Shown: positions 17,775-28,027, counted from the first letter of the stretch. The stretch is DNA of 64,000 nucleotides from Alphaproteobacteria bacterium (GCA_017453485.1 JAFTEW010000042.1:1331-65330), one strand, 5' to 3'. A program made the numbers and translations. The notes: generated by a model from the letters alone, not told the origin.

Positions 17775-18272
17775 ATGTCTTCGGATGCGCAGGCCATACT
17801 GACACAAAATGTGGAACAAATCACTAATTTTACAATGACGGAAAATCAGTGGTCAGCTGACTTTTTCCTTGATAAGAAGCAAGTGTTCCACGTTCTATCT
17901 GACCCAAGCGGTTATTTATATCAACCCGATCCGAATGCAAATCAGATACCCGACCTGAAACAGATTCATTGGAAAATACAAAAGAGGGGCTTTGGGGGCT
18001 GTGGGTGCGGTTTTGATACAGAGGTTCAAGTAATTGGCTCATCATCCCAAAAGGAAGCATACGAACAGATCTTAACCCCAACAGTACGGCATTATGACTA
18101 TTGGGTTCCCTATCCGGAATACAACTATGTTCCGATGTTGTTATGGGCATTTCGTGTTAACCATGCCTGGAACCAGTCATTGAAATATACCCGTCTAAAA
18201 AATCAGGCTGACCACAACTTAGCCGATGTATTAACCCTTCAAAAAGCAACTTATCAATTAGAACGAAATTAA
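17775..18272 (+). CDS. hypothetical protein inserted between rpsB and tsf
   Basis: 165 aa from ATG 17775, preceded by GGGAGG. I recognise no motif. It contains GFGGCGCGFD and is rich in aromatic residues. Confidence 0.5.
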   Translation: MSSDAQAILTQNVEQITNFTMTENQWSADFFLDKKQVFHVLSDPSGYLYQPDPNANQIPDLKQIHWKIQKRGFGGCGCGFDTEVQVIGSSSQKEAYEQILTPTVRHYDYWVPYPEYNYVPMLLWAFRVNHAWNQSLKYTRLKNQADHNLADVLTLQKATYQLERN

Positions 18273-18287
18273 AAAGGAGAAAATAAA

Positions 18288-19208
18288 ATGGCAGAAATTA
18301 AAGCAAGTTTAGTTAAAGAGTTACGGGAAAAAACCGGTGCAGGCATGATGGAATGCAAAAAAGCATTGTCCGAAACAAACGGTGATTTGGAAGCCGCTAT
18401 TGACTTCCTGCGTAAAAAAGGTATGTCCGTTGCCGAAAAGAAAGCCGGACGGATTGCCAATCAGGGATTGGTCAGTGTGGTTGTTGACGGCAAACAAGGA
18501 GCCGTTGTAGAACTCAATTCCGAAACGGACTTTGTGGCTAAAAATGCTGACTTCCAAAAATTCCTGGATCAGGTGACGACAGTCGCTTTGGCCAAGAAAG
18601 GCGATTTGGAAGCTGTTAAATCATCCGATTTAAACGGTCAAACCGTTGCTGATGCGCTGACGGCTCTGATTGCCACAATCGGAGAAAATATGAATTTACG
18701 GCGCTGTGCTTATGTGTCCGTTAATAATGGTGTCGTTGTTCCGTATATCCATACTGCTATGGTTCCGGGTATGGGTAAAATCGGTGTATTGGTTGCCTTG
18801 GAAAGCACCGGTGATACGGCTGCTTTAACAGAGGCCGGCAAAAAAATTGCCATGCATGTGGCCGCCGCCAATCCACGCTTTTTGACTGTTGCTGATGTTG
18901 ATGCGGCGACCATTGAGCATGAAAAAGGAATCTATGCTGAACAAGCCAAAAATTCCGGTAAGCCGGAAGCCATTATTGCAAAAATGGTAGAAGGTCGGAT
19001 GCGGAAATTCTATGAAGAAGTTGTTCTGACGGAACAGGCTTTCATCATGGATCCCGATAAAAAGATCAAAGATGTTGTGGCCGATATTGCTAAAACGGTC
19101 GGGGCAGATGTAAAATTATCCGCTTTTGTGCGCTTTGGTTTAGGCGAAGGAATTGAAAAGAAAGAAGAAGACTTTGCTGCCGAAGTGGCCAAACAAATGC
19201 AAGGTTAA
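18288..19208 (+). CDS. tsf: translation elongation factor Ts
   Basis: [27 protein letters not shown] is the canonical EF-Ts UBA-like N-terminus. 306 aa. Confidence 0.95.
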   Translation: MAEIKASLVKELREKTGAGMMECKKALSETNGDLEAAIDFLRKKGMSVAEKKAGRIANQGLVSVVVDGKQGAVVELNSETDFVAKNADFQKFLDQVTTVALAKKGDLEAVKSSDLNGQTVADALTALIATIGENMNLRRCAYVSVNNGVVVPYIHTAMVPGMGKIGVLVALESTGDTAALTEAGKKIAMHVAAANPRFLTVADVDAATIEHEKGIYAEQAKNSGKPEAIIAKMVEGRMRKFYEEVVLTEQAFIMDPDKKIKDVVADIAKTVGADVKLSAFVRFGLGEGIEKKEEDFAAEVAKQMQG

Positions 19209-19227
19209 TAACACCTGATACAACATT

Positions 19228-19256
19228 CCCCCGTGCGCATTGCACGGGGGTTTATA
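19228..19256 (+). terminator. intrinsic terminator after tsf
   Basis: 9-bp stem CCCCCGTGC/GCACGGGGG with a 5-nt loop, then TTTATATTT. Confidence 0.7.
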
Positions 19257-19301
19257 TTTAGATATAGAATTTTATCAGCCGAAACAGGGGACGTTTTTCC
19301 C

Positions 19302-20186
19302 CTACATAACGCCGCCGGTTGCGGGATTAAACCTCAGGAATAGCGTCTTCCAATCGTTGTAATGATCGGCATATTTTTCGGCCAAAATCTTAAAAGGGGA
19401 TTTTGTTTCATCCCGGTCGCAAATCCAGACGGCCCGTTTGGCGCTTTCGGCAACAGATTTTCGAATAGGGTCTGTCGGTGTATTTAAAATTTTAGCATCC
19501 CGAACCGAACCGTCTTTATTCACCCAAACCCGTATTTCAACAATCATATCATCAATATCTTTCTTGCCGGCATCCAAGTTCCAGCACCCGGATAACCGAC
19601 TGGCAATTAAATCCCGTTCCGAAATTGTCAGAATTTGCGATAAACTGCCGTCTGTCCCGTTTTCAATACCATCTGTGACTTGAAGCGCATCCGGCTCAGG
19701 CGATTGTGTTTGAATCGGTGCTGATTTTTTAATCTTTTCCACCGATGTCAACAGACTTTTTAATCGATCGGTTGTATTGGCTTTTTCTGTCGATTTAGGG
19801 GCAGGCACAGGCATCGGTTTCGGTTTAAGTTTTTCCTTTTTGGATTCAGCAGGCTTTTTAGGGGAAACAACCGGGACGGCATTCTTGGGCTCCGGCTGTG
19901 GGATAGGCTTCGGTGCCGGCGGTTCCGGCTTTTTAGACTGAACCCGTGTTGGCATCACTTTGGTAGATTGAGCCGAAGGTACATTAGCCTGTTTTACCTT
20001 TTTTGTCGGCGTTTTTTTGGGAGGCAGATTGGTTTTATCGGCAACTTGAACTTTACTTAAATCAATCATTAAAACAGCCGGCTGCGGCGGTGTATTATCA
20101 AACTTGGCAAAAGAAAAATCCATAGCCAGCAAGGTCAAAATAGCCCCATGTAAAACCGCCGATGATATAAAAGCCCGCCGTGACAT
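19302..20186 (-). CDS. tolA: TolA-like envelope protein (TonB/TolA C-terminal fold)
   Basis: 294 aa with an N-terminal TM, a Pro/Lys-rich spacer (PKKTPTKKVK...PEPPAPKPIPQPEPK) and a C-terminal globular domain. It follows tolQ-tolR. Confidence 0.65.
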   Translation of the reverse strand: MSRRAFISSAVLHGAILTLLAMDFSFAKFDNTPPQPAVLMIDLSKVQVADKTNLPPKKTPTKKVKQANVPSAQSTKVMPTRVQSKKPEPPAPKPIPQPEPKNAVPVVSPKKPAESKKEKLKPKPMPVPAPKSTEKANTTDRLKSLLTSVEKIKKSAPIQTQSPEPDALQVTDGIENGTDGSLSQILTISERDLIASRLSGCWNLDAGKKDIDDMIVEIRVWVNKDGSVRDAKILNTPTDPIRKSVAESAKRAVWICDRDETKSPFKILAEKYADHYNDWKTLFLRFNPATGGVM

Positions 20187-20612
20187 TTACTTTTTTGAAC
20201 CCGCTTTCATTGTTTGGGCATCCGTCTTTAACCCGACCTGAGTATAACCGGCCGCCCGCAGTAAGGCCATCACTTCAATAACCTGACCATAGGAAGAATC
20301 CCTGTCACCGCTGATAATCATTTGAATTTTCGGATTCTCGGATACAATAGCCGACACCTTTTCGGTCAGGTTTGATAAAGCGATTTCATCGCTACCGATA
20401 TAAATTTTTCCTTTGGCATCCACGCTGATATCCAATGTTTTATCCTGTCCTTCAATTTGTTTTCCATCACCTTTGGGCAAATTCAAAGGAATACCACTGG
20501 TCAAAAGAGGGGCCGTTATCATAAAAATTGCCAACAAAGATGTCATAATATCAATTAAAGGGGTCAAATTGACTTCGGCTTTTATTTTTGTGCGCCGGTG
20601 TGATCGAATCAT
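20187..20612 (-). CDS. tolR: biopolymer transport protein TolR/ExbD
   Basis: 141 aa. EVNLTPLIDIMTSLLAIFM is the ExbD/TolR signature. Confidence 0.85.
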   Translation of the reverse strand: MIRSHRRTKIKAEVNLTPLIDIMTSLLAIFMITAPLLTSGIPLNLPKGDGKQIEGQDKTLDISVDAKGKIYIGSDEIALSNLTEKVSAIVSENPKIQMIISGDRDSSYGQVIEVMALLRAAGYTQVGLKTDAQTMKAGSKK

Positions 20613-21311
20613 CTAGTCCTCCGCCGATTCAGCCTGACGTGATAAAATAGCACTTAACTCACCGGCAAATGTTTCCATTCGTTGTGCCAACCGTTCAATA
20701 TCATTCGTCAATTTATTATAGGCAATCACGGCCGGAATGGCGGCAATTAAACCAACGGCCGTCGTAAATAAAGCTTCGGCTACCCCCGGTGCAACTGCGG
20801 CGATATTCGTGCTTTGTGTGGCACCAATGGCATTAAACGCATCCATAATACCCCAAACGGTTCCAAACAATCCCAGCAAGGGAGCCACCGAACCGGTCGA
20901 TGCCAAAAAGGTCATCCGTGTTTCCATTTTATCAACCTGTTTATCAATGGCAATTTGCATCACTTTATCAATCCGCTCGGACAGTTTAATAGTTGCTTTT
21001 TTACTCTTATGTTCGGACGTGGAACGGCGCCATTCCTGAATAGCTGCCGTAAAGATAACAGCCAATGGATTTTTGGTATTCTTGGCATAGGTTGTATAAA
21101 GACTATCTAACGAACCGCCCGACCAAAATTTTGTTTCAAATTCTTTCATGGCAGAACGAATTTTTTTAAACAGACGAACTTTGTCAAAAATAATGGTCCA
21201 ACACCAAACGGATGTGAACAGCAGTCCCAAAATTAAAACCTTCATAAATAAATCGGAATCCATGAACATACCATACATGGATAATGATTGATGTAAACTT
21301 TGTGGTTCCAT
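20613..21311 (-). CDS. tolQ: Tol-Pal system protein TolQ (MotA/TolQ/ExbB channel)
   Basis: 232 aa with 3 TM segments and the conserved LASTGSVAPLLGLFGTVWGIM motif. Confidence 0.9.
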   Translation of the reverse strand: MEPQSLHQSLSMYGMFMDSDLFMKVLILGLLFTSVWCWTIIFDKVRLFKKIRSAMKEFETKFWSGGSLDSLYTTYAKNTKNPLAVIFTAAIQEWRRSTSEHKSKKATIKLSERIDKVMQIAIDKQVDKMETRMTFLASTGSVAPLLGLFGTVWGIMDAFNAIGATQSTNIAAVAPGVAEALFTTAVGLIAAIPAVIAYNKLTNDIERLAQRMETFAGELSAILSRQAESAED

Positions 21312-21312
21312 T

Positions 21313-21720
21313 TTATTCTCCTTTCATCTCTTGTTCAAAAATTTGTTTCAACATTGCCGGCAAACGAGTCGGTCGTAGCGTATTTTTATCAACAAAAACC
21401 AATTGCAGTTTCAAACGCACGTTTATCTGATTGTCAACGGATATAGTTTGTTCAAGCAAGGTGCTGGCGCTTTTAATTTCAACAACCCGGACATCAATTG
21501 ACAAGATATCATCCAATTTTGCCGGTGCAATAAAGTCCATCTCAATATGGCGTAAAACCATAACCACACCGGAATCCATAATTTCCCGATTGGTGTGTCC
21601 CATGGTGTGCAACCACTCTGTTCTGGCCCGTTCGGCATACTCTAAATAACGGGAGTGATAGACAATTCCTTCGGCATCCACATCCTGAAAACACATTCTT
21701 AATTGCCAGGTAAAGGACAT
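21313..21720 (-). CDS. ybgC: YbgC/FadM-family acyl-CoA thioesterase (hotdog fold)
   Basis: 135 aa. It has DVDAEGIVYHSRYLEYAERARTEWL (4HBT motif) and sits between ruvB and tolQ. Confidence 0.8.
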   Translation of the reverse strand: MSFTWQLRMCFQDVDAEGIVYHSRYLEYAERARTEWLHTMGHTNREIMDSGVVMVLRHIEMDFIAPAKLDDILSIDVRVVEIKSASTLLEQTISVDNQINVRLKLQLVFVDKNTLRPTRLPAMLKQIFEQEMKGE

Positions 21721-21721
21721 C

Positions 21722-22747
21722 TTATACCTCCCCCAATAAATCCGGTTGTTGCGACAAGGCCGGAGCGCTTAATCCCAAGTGTTTAAACCCGGCCGCCGAT
21801 AACATTCGTCCGCGCGGTGTGCGCATCACCAGTCCTAATTGCATCAGATAAGGCTCAATCACTTCCTCTATCGTGTCACGTTCTTCGGACAGGGCTGCCG
21901 AAAGCGTATCTGCCCCGACAGGACCGCCGGCATATTTTTCCGCAATACAACGCAAATAACGCCGGTCCATTGCATCCAAGCCGGACTTATCCACATCCAA
22001 ACGTGTTAAAGCCTTATCCGCCAAAGCAGCATCCACCGCCATATCGCCGGCAAAATCGCGTACCCGACGAAGCAATCGCCCCGCCACCCGCGGTGTTCCC
22101 CGTGACCGTTTGGCAATTTCATGGGCTCCGTCTTCCGTCATGTTCATGTTCAACAGATTTGCCCCCCGCTTCACAATACGCATCAAATCATCCGTCGTAT
22201 AGAATTCTAACCGCATCGGAATACCAAACCTGTCGCGCAGCGGTGTAGATAACAACCCCGATCGTGTTGTTGCCCCCACCAGTGTAAAGGGCGGAATATC
22301 AATACGCACCGATCGTGCTGCCGGCCCTTCCCCGATAATAATATCCAATTGGAAATCCTCCATAGCGGAATAAAGGACCTCTTCCACCGTCGGATTCAAG
22401 CGATGAATTTCATCGATAAACAAAACATCCCGCGGTTCCAAATTAGTCAGAATAGCAGCCAAATCACCGGCCTTGGAAATCATCGGTCCGGCCGTCGGCC
22501 GAAATCCGACACCCAATTCTTTGGAAATAATTTGGGCCAGAGTCGTTTTTCCCAATCCCGGCGGGCCGAATAACAATGTGTGATCCAATGCATCCCCACG
22601 CTTTTTGGCAGCCTCAATAAAAACGCGCAGATTTTCGCATAAACTTTTTTGTCCGACAAAATCATCCAGCGTCTGGGGACGAAGGCCGGTATATAATTCC
22701 TCATCACCGGCAATTTTTTGGGGCGTAATAATTCTATTTTCAACCAT
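21722..22747 (-). CDS. ruvB: Holliday junction branch migration helicase RuvB
   Basis: 341 aa with Walker [10 protein letters not shown], Walker [10 protein letters not shown] and the [13 protein letters not shown] sensor. Confidence 0.95.
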   Translation of the reverse strand: MVENRIITPQKIAGDEELYTGLRPQTLDDFVGQKSLCENLRVFIEAAKKRGDALDHTLLFGPPGLGKTTLAQIISKELGVGFRPTAGPMISKAGDLAAILTNLEPRDVLFIDEIHRLNPTVEEVLYSAMEDFQLDIIIGEGPAARSVRIDIPPFTLVGATTRSGLLSTPLRDRFGIPMRLEFYTTDDLMRIVKRGANLLNMNMTEDGAHEIAKRSRGTPRVAGRLLRRVRDFAGDMAVDAALADKALTRLDVDKSGLDAMDRRYLRCIAEKYAGGPVGADTLSAALSEERDTIEEVIEPYLMQLGLVMRTPRGRMLSAAGFKHLGLSAPALSQQPDLLGEV

Positions 22748-23362
22748 CTATACAGCTCCTTTTCCGATTTCACGCAAGGACAAGCGGATAGCATCCGAAA
22801 CAGACGCTTCCGGATTTTGACGCATAACGGCCGAAACGGCAAGCCCCGCCTCTGTCCGTGAATATCCCAGATTCGTCAAAGCCGATACAGCCTCGGCCAT
22901 TACGGAAACATTTTGTCCACCCGTGGTTTCCGAAAGATTCATCGCTTCATTAACACCCAAGTTCCCCAATTTTCCCTTTAATTCCGTCACAATACGAACA
23001 CCGAGTTTCGGACCAACCCCGCTGGCACGGGTAAAAGCCTTGCTGTCACCGGTCATAACGGCCATCTGAATATCCGATGGGGATAAAGCCGATAAAATAG
23101 CCAATGCCACTTTGGCCCCGACCCCCTGAACCGTGCTTAAATATCCAAACATTTGCTGTTCGGTTGCATCGGCAAAACCGATTAAGTGGATGTGATCTTC
23201 CCGCACCTGCGTTTCTATCATCAGGGACATATTCCCCCCGCGCGGCGGTAATTTCCCGATTGTTTTGGCCGAACAAAAGACCCGATAGCCGACACCGTTC
23301 ACATCCAAGATAATAAAGCCTTCTGCCACTGAATCCAACACGCCTGTTAATTTTGCAATCAT
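22748..23362 (-). CDS. ruvA: Holliday junction DNA-binding protein RuvA
   Basis: 204 aa with MIAKLTGVL...VNGVGYRV and HhH motifs (VQGVGAKVALAILS, ASGVGPKLGVRIV). Confidence 0.9.
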   Translation of the reverse strand: MIAKLTGVLDSVAEGFIILDVNGVGYRVFCSAKTIGKLPPRGGNMSLMIETQVREDHIHLIGFADATEQQMFGYLSTVQGVGAKVALAILSALSPSDIQMAVMTGDSKAFTRASGVGPKLGVRIVTELKGKLGNLGVNEAMNLSETTGGQNVSVMAEAVSALTNLGYSRTEAGLAVSAVMRQNPEASVSDAIRLSLREIGKGAV

Positions 23363-23469
23363 TTAGACACCTCTGCCTGGCATCATAACTCAACCGGGCA
23401 CAAAAATCAAATTATTTATTGCTTTTTTTGATGCTTTCTGATACGATATGGAAAACAAAAGGATAAGCC

Positions 23470-24939
23470 ATGTCAAATGAAATAGATACAAACCGCCTCC
23501 CCCCCCAAAATATTGAAGCCGAACAGGCTCTGTTGGGGGCTATTTTATCCAACAATCGGGCGTTGGAAAAGGTGACGGAATTTTTATTACCACAACATTT
23601 TGCCAGCCCCGTTCACGGTAAAATTTATGAGGCTTGCCGCACCTATATTGAACAGGGGCGAATTGCCGATCCGATTACGCTGAAATCTGTTTTCGCAAAT
23701 GATGAAGCCTTGAAAGATGTCGGCGGAGCCGATTACCTGATGAAATTGGCAGCAGCATCAACCACCATTATCAATGCGGGGGATTACGGTCGGCAAATTT
23801 TGGACCGCTATATTCGGCGACGGTTGATTGAGGTCGGGACAGATATGGTCAATGATGCCCACGCCGTTTCCATTGATGAAGAAGCCATTAGCCAAGTTGA
23901 AAAGGCCGAAAAGGAACTTTATGAAATCGCAAATGAAGGTGAAACAACGGGCGGACCAAAGTTACTCAATATCGCCCTGCGGGAATCGCTGGCTTCCACC
24001 GAAACGGCCATGAAAGATCCGACCGGTGTTGCCGGGACAACAACGGGTTTAACTGATCTGGACAAGTTATTGGGCGGTCTGCATGATTCCGATTTGATTA
24101 TTTTGGCGGGTCGTCCGGCGATGGGTAAATCCGCTTTGGCGACAACAATTGCTTTTAATGCTGCCAAATTTTTTGAAGAAGAAAATAAAAAACCGAACGC
24201 CGAGAAGAAGTCGGTGGCCTTTTTCTCGCTGGAAATGTCGGCCGAACAATTGGCAACCCGGATTTTATCGGCCAAGGCCCAAGTGTCCAGTCACTTGATG
24301 CGGACGGGCAAATTAACGAATGATCAGTTTGATGAATTAGCGGCCGGGGTATCAATTTTGTCCAAGATTCCTTTGTATATTGATGAAACACCGGGAATTA
24401 CCGTGACAACCATTAAGAATCGGGCTCGCCGCATGAAACGCGATAAAACCAAAGGTTTAGGCTTGATTGTGATTGACTATTTGCAACTTATCAGTGCCGG
24501 TGGGCGCAGCGAAAACCGGGTTCAGGAATTATCGGAAATGACTCGGGCCCTGAAAATTATGGCCAAAGAATTGAACGTGCCGGTTATTGTTCTCTCACAA
24601 TTATCACGATTGGTGGAACAACGGGATAACAAAAAGCCGATGCTGTCGGATTTACGTGAATCGGGCTCTATCGAGCAGGATGCCGATATTGTCATGTTTG
24701 TTTATCGGGAAATTTACTATTTACAGAATGACGAACCGAAGCGGCACCTGAACGAAACGCCGGAAAAATTTGCTTTGCGCGTAGCGGAATGGGAAAACAA
24801 AAAAATTGAAATTGCCAATCAGGCCGAAGCCATCATTGCCAAACAGCGGCATGGCCCTGTCGGCAGCGTTAAATTGTTCTTTGCCGGCGAATACGGTCGC
24901 TTTACCGACCTGGCTCAGGATCCTGTCCCGGCGAGGTAA
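23470..24939 (+). CDS. dnaB: replicative DNA helicase
   Basis: 489 aa with PPQNIEAEQALLGAIL, Walker A GRPAMGKSA, and IVIDYLQL / SQLSR / RESGSIEQDAD motifs. Confidence 0.95.
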   Translation: MSNEIDTNRLPPQNIEAEQALLGAILSNNRALEKVTEFLLPQHFASPVHGKIYEACRTYIEQGRIADPITLKSVFANDEALKDVGGADYLMKLAAASTTIINAGDYGRQILDRYIRRRLIEVGTDMVNDAHAVSIDEEAISQVEKAEKELYEIANEGETTGGPKLLNIALRESLASTETAMKDPTGVAGTTTGLTDLDKLLGGLHDSDLIILAGRPAMGKSALATTIAFNAAKFFEEENKKPNAEKKSVAFFSLEMSAEQLATRILSAKAQVSSHLMRTGKLTNDQFDELAAGVSILSKIPLYIDETPGITVTTIKNRARRMKRDKTKGLGLIVIDYLQLISAGGRSENRVQELSEMTRALKIMAKELNVPVIVLSQLSRLVEQRDNKKPMLSDLRESGSIEQDADIVMFVYREIYYLQNDEPKRHLNETPEKFALRVAEWENKKIEIANQAEAIIAKQRHGPVGSVKLFFAGEYGRFTDLAQDPVPAR

Positions 24940-24984
24940 AGAAACTCGGATACCCTTATATTTCCAGGCTTGACGTATCATCCA

Positions 24985-25060
24985 CAGGGAACATAGCACT
25001 CTGTGTATCTATGGATTCTTACCTTTGCAAGAATGACGGGTTGATTGGGTATGTTCCCTG
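24985..25060. repeat. 76-nt palindromic element: 11-bp terminal inverted repeats around an inner hairpin, related to the element at 57308..57339
   Basis: CAGGGAACATA (24985..24995) and TATGTTCCCTG (25050..25060) are exact inverted repeats. The inner hairpin is ATTCTTAC-CTTT-GCAAGAAT. The reverse complement aligns with the 57.3-kb copy (GTCATyCTTGC...AGrAT.CATAG). Confidence 0.5.
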
Positions 25061-25224
25061 AACCTCCGCCGGCATGAGAGAAAACTGAAAAAAACACAAG
25101 AGAGATAACAAGAAAAACAAAAATATCCGATATTTTGGTCTGGTCCGATATCTGTATATCACAAAAGTATCTTTAAATATCTAATTGAAAAACAATGATT
25201 TATTTTTTATAAACCATGAAAAAA

Positions 25225-25253
25225 TTGACTTTTTCGGGTATCGGGTGTATAAT
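25225..25253 (+). promoter_or_regulatory. near-consensus sigma70 promoter
   Basis: TTGACT, 17 nt, TATAAT. It lies downstream of the ORF-track ATG at 25216, which supports the 25279 start. Confidence 0.6.
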
Positions 25254-25278
25254 CGGGATTACAAGGAAGGAGAAAAAC

Positions 25279-25626
25279 ATGGAAAAATTACAATCTGTCA
25301 CAACGTATTATGCCAAAGAACATTTTTGGTCTAAGCCCCGGGTCAAATCCCAATATACAATCAATGATAAAGGCGAAAAGCACGGAACATATTTGAAATA
25401 TGATTACGATAATCCGGGGTATATCAAGTATAAAGTGGACTTTAAACATGGCAAACCACAGGTTGAATCCTTTATCTATCCGAACGGCCGGATAGAATCC
25501 ACCATCAATCATATCAAAGGCATTGAGCAAAGTTTTGATGAGCAGGGAAATTTGCGCTATCAACGGTCGGCCAAAAAAGCCGTGCGCTATGATAAAGAAG
25601 GAACGCCGCTGCCGATCTTATACTGA
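25279..25626 (+). CDS. small MORN-variant/YwqK-like repeat protein
   Basis: 115 aa from MEKLQSV, with RBS AAGGAGA. Repeats resemble G-x-K-H-G-x-Y / Y-P-N-G-R-I, as in MORN_2-type repeats (by eye). Confidence 0.5.
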   Translation: MEKLQSVTTYYAKEHFWSKPRVKSQYTINDKGEKHGTYLKYDYDNPGYIKYKVDFKHGKPQVESFIYPNGRIESTINHIKGIEQSFDEQGNLRYQRSAKKAVRYDKEGTPLPILY

Positions 25627-25627
25627 T

Positions 25628-25660
25628 AAAAAGCCCCGATAAAAGGTCGGGGCTTTATTA
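25628..25660. terminator. bidirectional intrinsic terminator between convergent genes
   Basis: Stem AGCCCCGA/TCGGGGCT with a 7-nt loop, A-run upstream and T-run downstream. Confidence 0.6.
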
Positions 25661-27040
25661 TTTCTGAAATAAGGCACTGATAACAATAACCGCCGGGGCC
25701 AGTAAACATAAAACCCATTTCAGATAGGTTTTAAATGTTTTAGACTGATGACCACTCCCCTGTCCCAAATTACCGATAATGACGGGATAAACTTTCCACC
25801 CCATAAACAAACAGCAAACACATATCATCAGAGGCATCATATATGCCCCCGTCACCCGGTTAACAAAATCAAATAAATTCTCCTCGCCGATTTTTAATCC
25901 GATTATGTTTGTGAACGATAACAGAATAACCGTCACACCGATACCGTTAACAGCCGCAACACATAGAGCCGCCTTTGTTCGGGTTGTTTTCAACATATCC
26001 ATTGTCAGGTTGATGCTCGCCTCACAAATCGACAGTAATGATGTCAGAGCCGCTAAAAACAGCAAGACAAAAAAGATAAACATCAAAAACCGACCACCGG
26101 TCATTTGCGCAAATATTAAAGGCAGACTGACAAAGCTGAGAGAAGGTCCCTGTCCGGGATCAAGATCAAATACAAATACGGCCGGTAGGACAATCAATCC
26201 GGATAGAAATGCAACCAATGTATCCAATCCGACCACCCATCGGGCAGAACTTTTAATATCCGTTTGTTGTGGCAGATAAGAACCGTAAACAAACACAACC
26301 CCCATCCCCAGCGATAGCGAATAAATAGCTTGACCAAACACAACTAATAATACGTTAAAAAAGACGGAAGCGTCAAACCCGGTTGCCGTGAAACCTAATC
26401 GGGTCCAATCCGGTTTCAAAAAGAAAGCAACCCCACGACCGGCACCGGGCAAAAAAATCATCCAAATAACTAAAAACAACAGTAAGAAGAATAAAATCGG
26501 CATCAAATAAAGCGACACCCGCTCAATACCTTTTTTAACACCCTTAACCAAAATAAATGTTGTTAAAACGATACATAATAGGCTCCAAAATAACTGATAC
26601 CCGAAAGAAGCAACCAACCGTTCAAAAAGGTGCTCATCAATCGGATGTCGGGAAAGGCCTAAAAACAAAGCTCCGCCCTCTATCACATACGATAATGTCC
26701 AACCGATAACCACAATATAAACAGCCGCAATCAATAATCCGGTTATAAAACCGATCCAACCGCCGAGCCATCCCCATACGGGTGATACTTTTTGTCCGGC
26801 CCGTTCACCGACAACCCGAAAGCCATCAACAAGATTTGTTTGCGCCACCCGGCCGAAAGCCAACTTGGCCGTCAACATAAAATACCCCAGGACAAATACA
26901 CATATCAGATACAGCAATAAAAAGGCTCCGCCACCATACTGCCCGGCCAAATACGGGAAGCGCCAAATGTTTCCCAAACCGATAGCCGACCCGGCTGTTG
27001 CTAAAATAAATCCTAATTTAGAGCCCCATTTTGCTCGCAT
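25658..27040 (-). CDS. neurotransmitter:sodium symporter (NSS/SNF) family transporter
   Basis: 460 aa. The hallmark is GFILATAGSAIGLGNIWRFPYLAGQYGGGAFLL. About 11-12 TM segments. Confidence 0.9.
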   Translation of the reverse strand: MRAKWGSKLGFILATAGSAIGLGNIWRFPYLAGQYGGGAFLLLYLICVFVLGYFMLTAKLAFGRVAQTNLVDGFRVVGERAGQKVSPVWGWLGGWIGFITGLLIAAVYIVVIGWTLSYVIEGGALFLGLSRHPIDEHLFERLVASFGYQLFWSLLCIVLTTFILVKGVKKGIERVSLYLMPILFFLLLFLVIWMIFLPGAGRGVAFFLKPDWTRLGFTATGFDASVFFNVLLVVFGQAIYSLSLGMGVVFVYGSYLPQQTDIKSSARWVVGLDTLVAFLSGLIVLPAVFVFDLDPGQGPSLSFVSLPLIFAQMTGGRFLMFIFFVLLFLAALTSLLSICEASINLTMDMLKTTRTKAALCVAAVNGIGVTVILLSFTNIIGLKIGEENLFDFVNRVTGAYMMPLMICVCCLFMGWKVYPVIIGNLGQGSGHQSKTFKTYLKWVLCLLAPAVIVISALFQK

Positions 27041-27055
27041 GATAATAACCCTTCT

Positions 27056-28015
27056 TTACCAATGACCGCTACTGCCGCCACCACCAAATGATCCGCCGCC
27101 GCCACCGAATGAACTACCTCCGCTGCCGAATGATCCACCACCGCCGGATCTGGATGAACGATATCCGCTTTTACGCCAGGCTTTCATCGGAAAATTTGGA
27201 TTTTTCAAATAAGCCTTGCGGGCAGACAAGAAGAAAAACAAACTGTGCACAATCGTGAAAACCAACCAAAACGCGCCGAAAGATGCGTTTTCAAATAACA
27301 GGAAAATACCGATTGTCCAAAAGATACAGTAAAAAAGAAACAACCCGATTAATTCAGAGAAAAATTGTTTCCGATCCTTATGCGACTTTTCTGTTTCGGA
27401 ATCAGACAACATTGATTTTGTGGCGGCAACCTTTCCTGCCGTTTTTTTCTTTAAATAAATGACAGCAAGTATCCAGAAAACAAAAATCAGTAGCCCAATA
27501 TTGATGCTAAATGAAAATGAATTTGTGCTTTTTGACTGAACAGCCGGAAGGGGTTCGCCGTTTAAGATTTTTACAACAGCCAAACTGCCCTGTTTCAATG
27601 CTTCCCCATACTTCCCCTCACGAGCCAATGGGAGCATCACCCGTTGCACAATCCGATGGCATAAAGCATCAGTCAAAATTCCCTCTAATCCATAACCGAC
27701 TTCAATACGCAAAGACCGATCTCTGGGGGCAATAATGACCAAAACACCGTCATTAATATCTTTCCGGCCAATACCCCAGTGACGTCCCAAAGCTACCCCA
27801 TATTGTTCAATAGTTTGCCCTCGCAATGAATTCAAGGATACGGCAACCACTTGACGCGGTTCGACCGTTGCCAATTGTTGAGCCAACATTCCTTGGTCAT
27901 CCAAAGACAAAATACGGGCTTCATCAACCACCCGCCCCGTCAACGTCGGGAAATCAAGCGCCCATCCCCGAACGGACAGGAACAGGCAGAACAGCAAGGC
28001 TACCCAGCGACGCAT
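27056..28015 (-). CDS. TPM-domain (YgcG-like) membrane protein
   Basis: Signal peptide plus a TPM domain (VVDEARILS...VLVIIAPRDRSLRIEVGYGLEG), TM segments, and a Gly/Ser-rich tail GGGGSFGSGGSSFGGGGGSFGGGGSSGHW. Confidence 0.8.
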   Translation of the reverse strand: MRRWVALLFCLFLSVRGWALDFPTLTGRVVDEARILSLDDQGMLAQQLATVEPRQVVAVSLNSLRGQTIEQYGVALGRHWGIGRKDINDGVLVIIAPRDRSLRIEVGYGLEGILTDALCHRIVQRVMLPLAREGKYGEALKQGSLAVVKILNGEPLPAVQSKSTNSFSFSINIGLLIFVFWILAVIYLKKKTAGKVAATKSMLSDSETEKSHKDRKQFFSELIGLFLFYCIFWTIGIFLLFENASFGAFWLVFTIVHSLFFFLSARKAYLKNPNFPMKAWRKSGYRSSRSGGGGSFGSGGSSFGGGGGSFGGGGSSGHW

Positions 28016-28027
28016 AATGATACCCCT

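Noticed and set aside
21985-21997. A perfect DnaA-box-like TTATCCACA was noted.
   Set aside because: It is a single copy inside the ruvB coding sequence. There is no cluster of boxes or AT-rich unwinding element, so it is not an origin.
23497-23504. A C8 homopolymer near the 5' end of dnaB was considered as a possible phase-variation tract.
   Set aside because: It lies in an essential gene and reads in frame as Leu-Pro-Pro-Gln within the conserved N-terminus. There is no reason to expect slippage-based switching.
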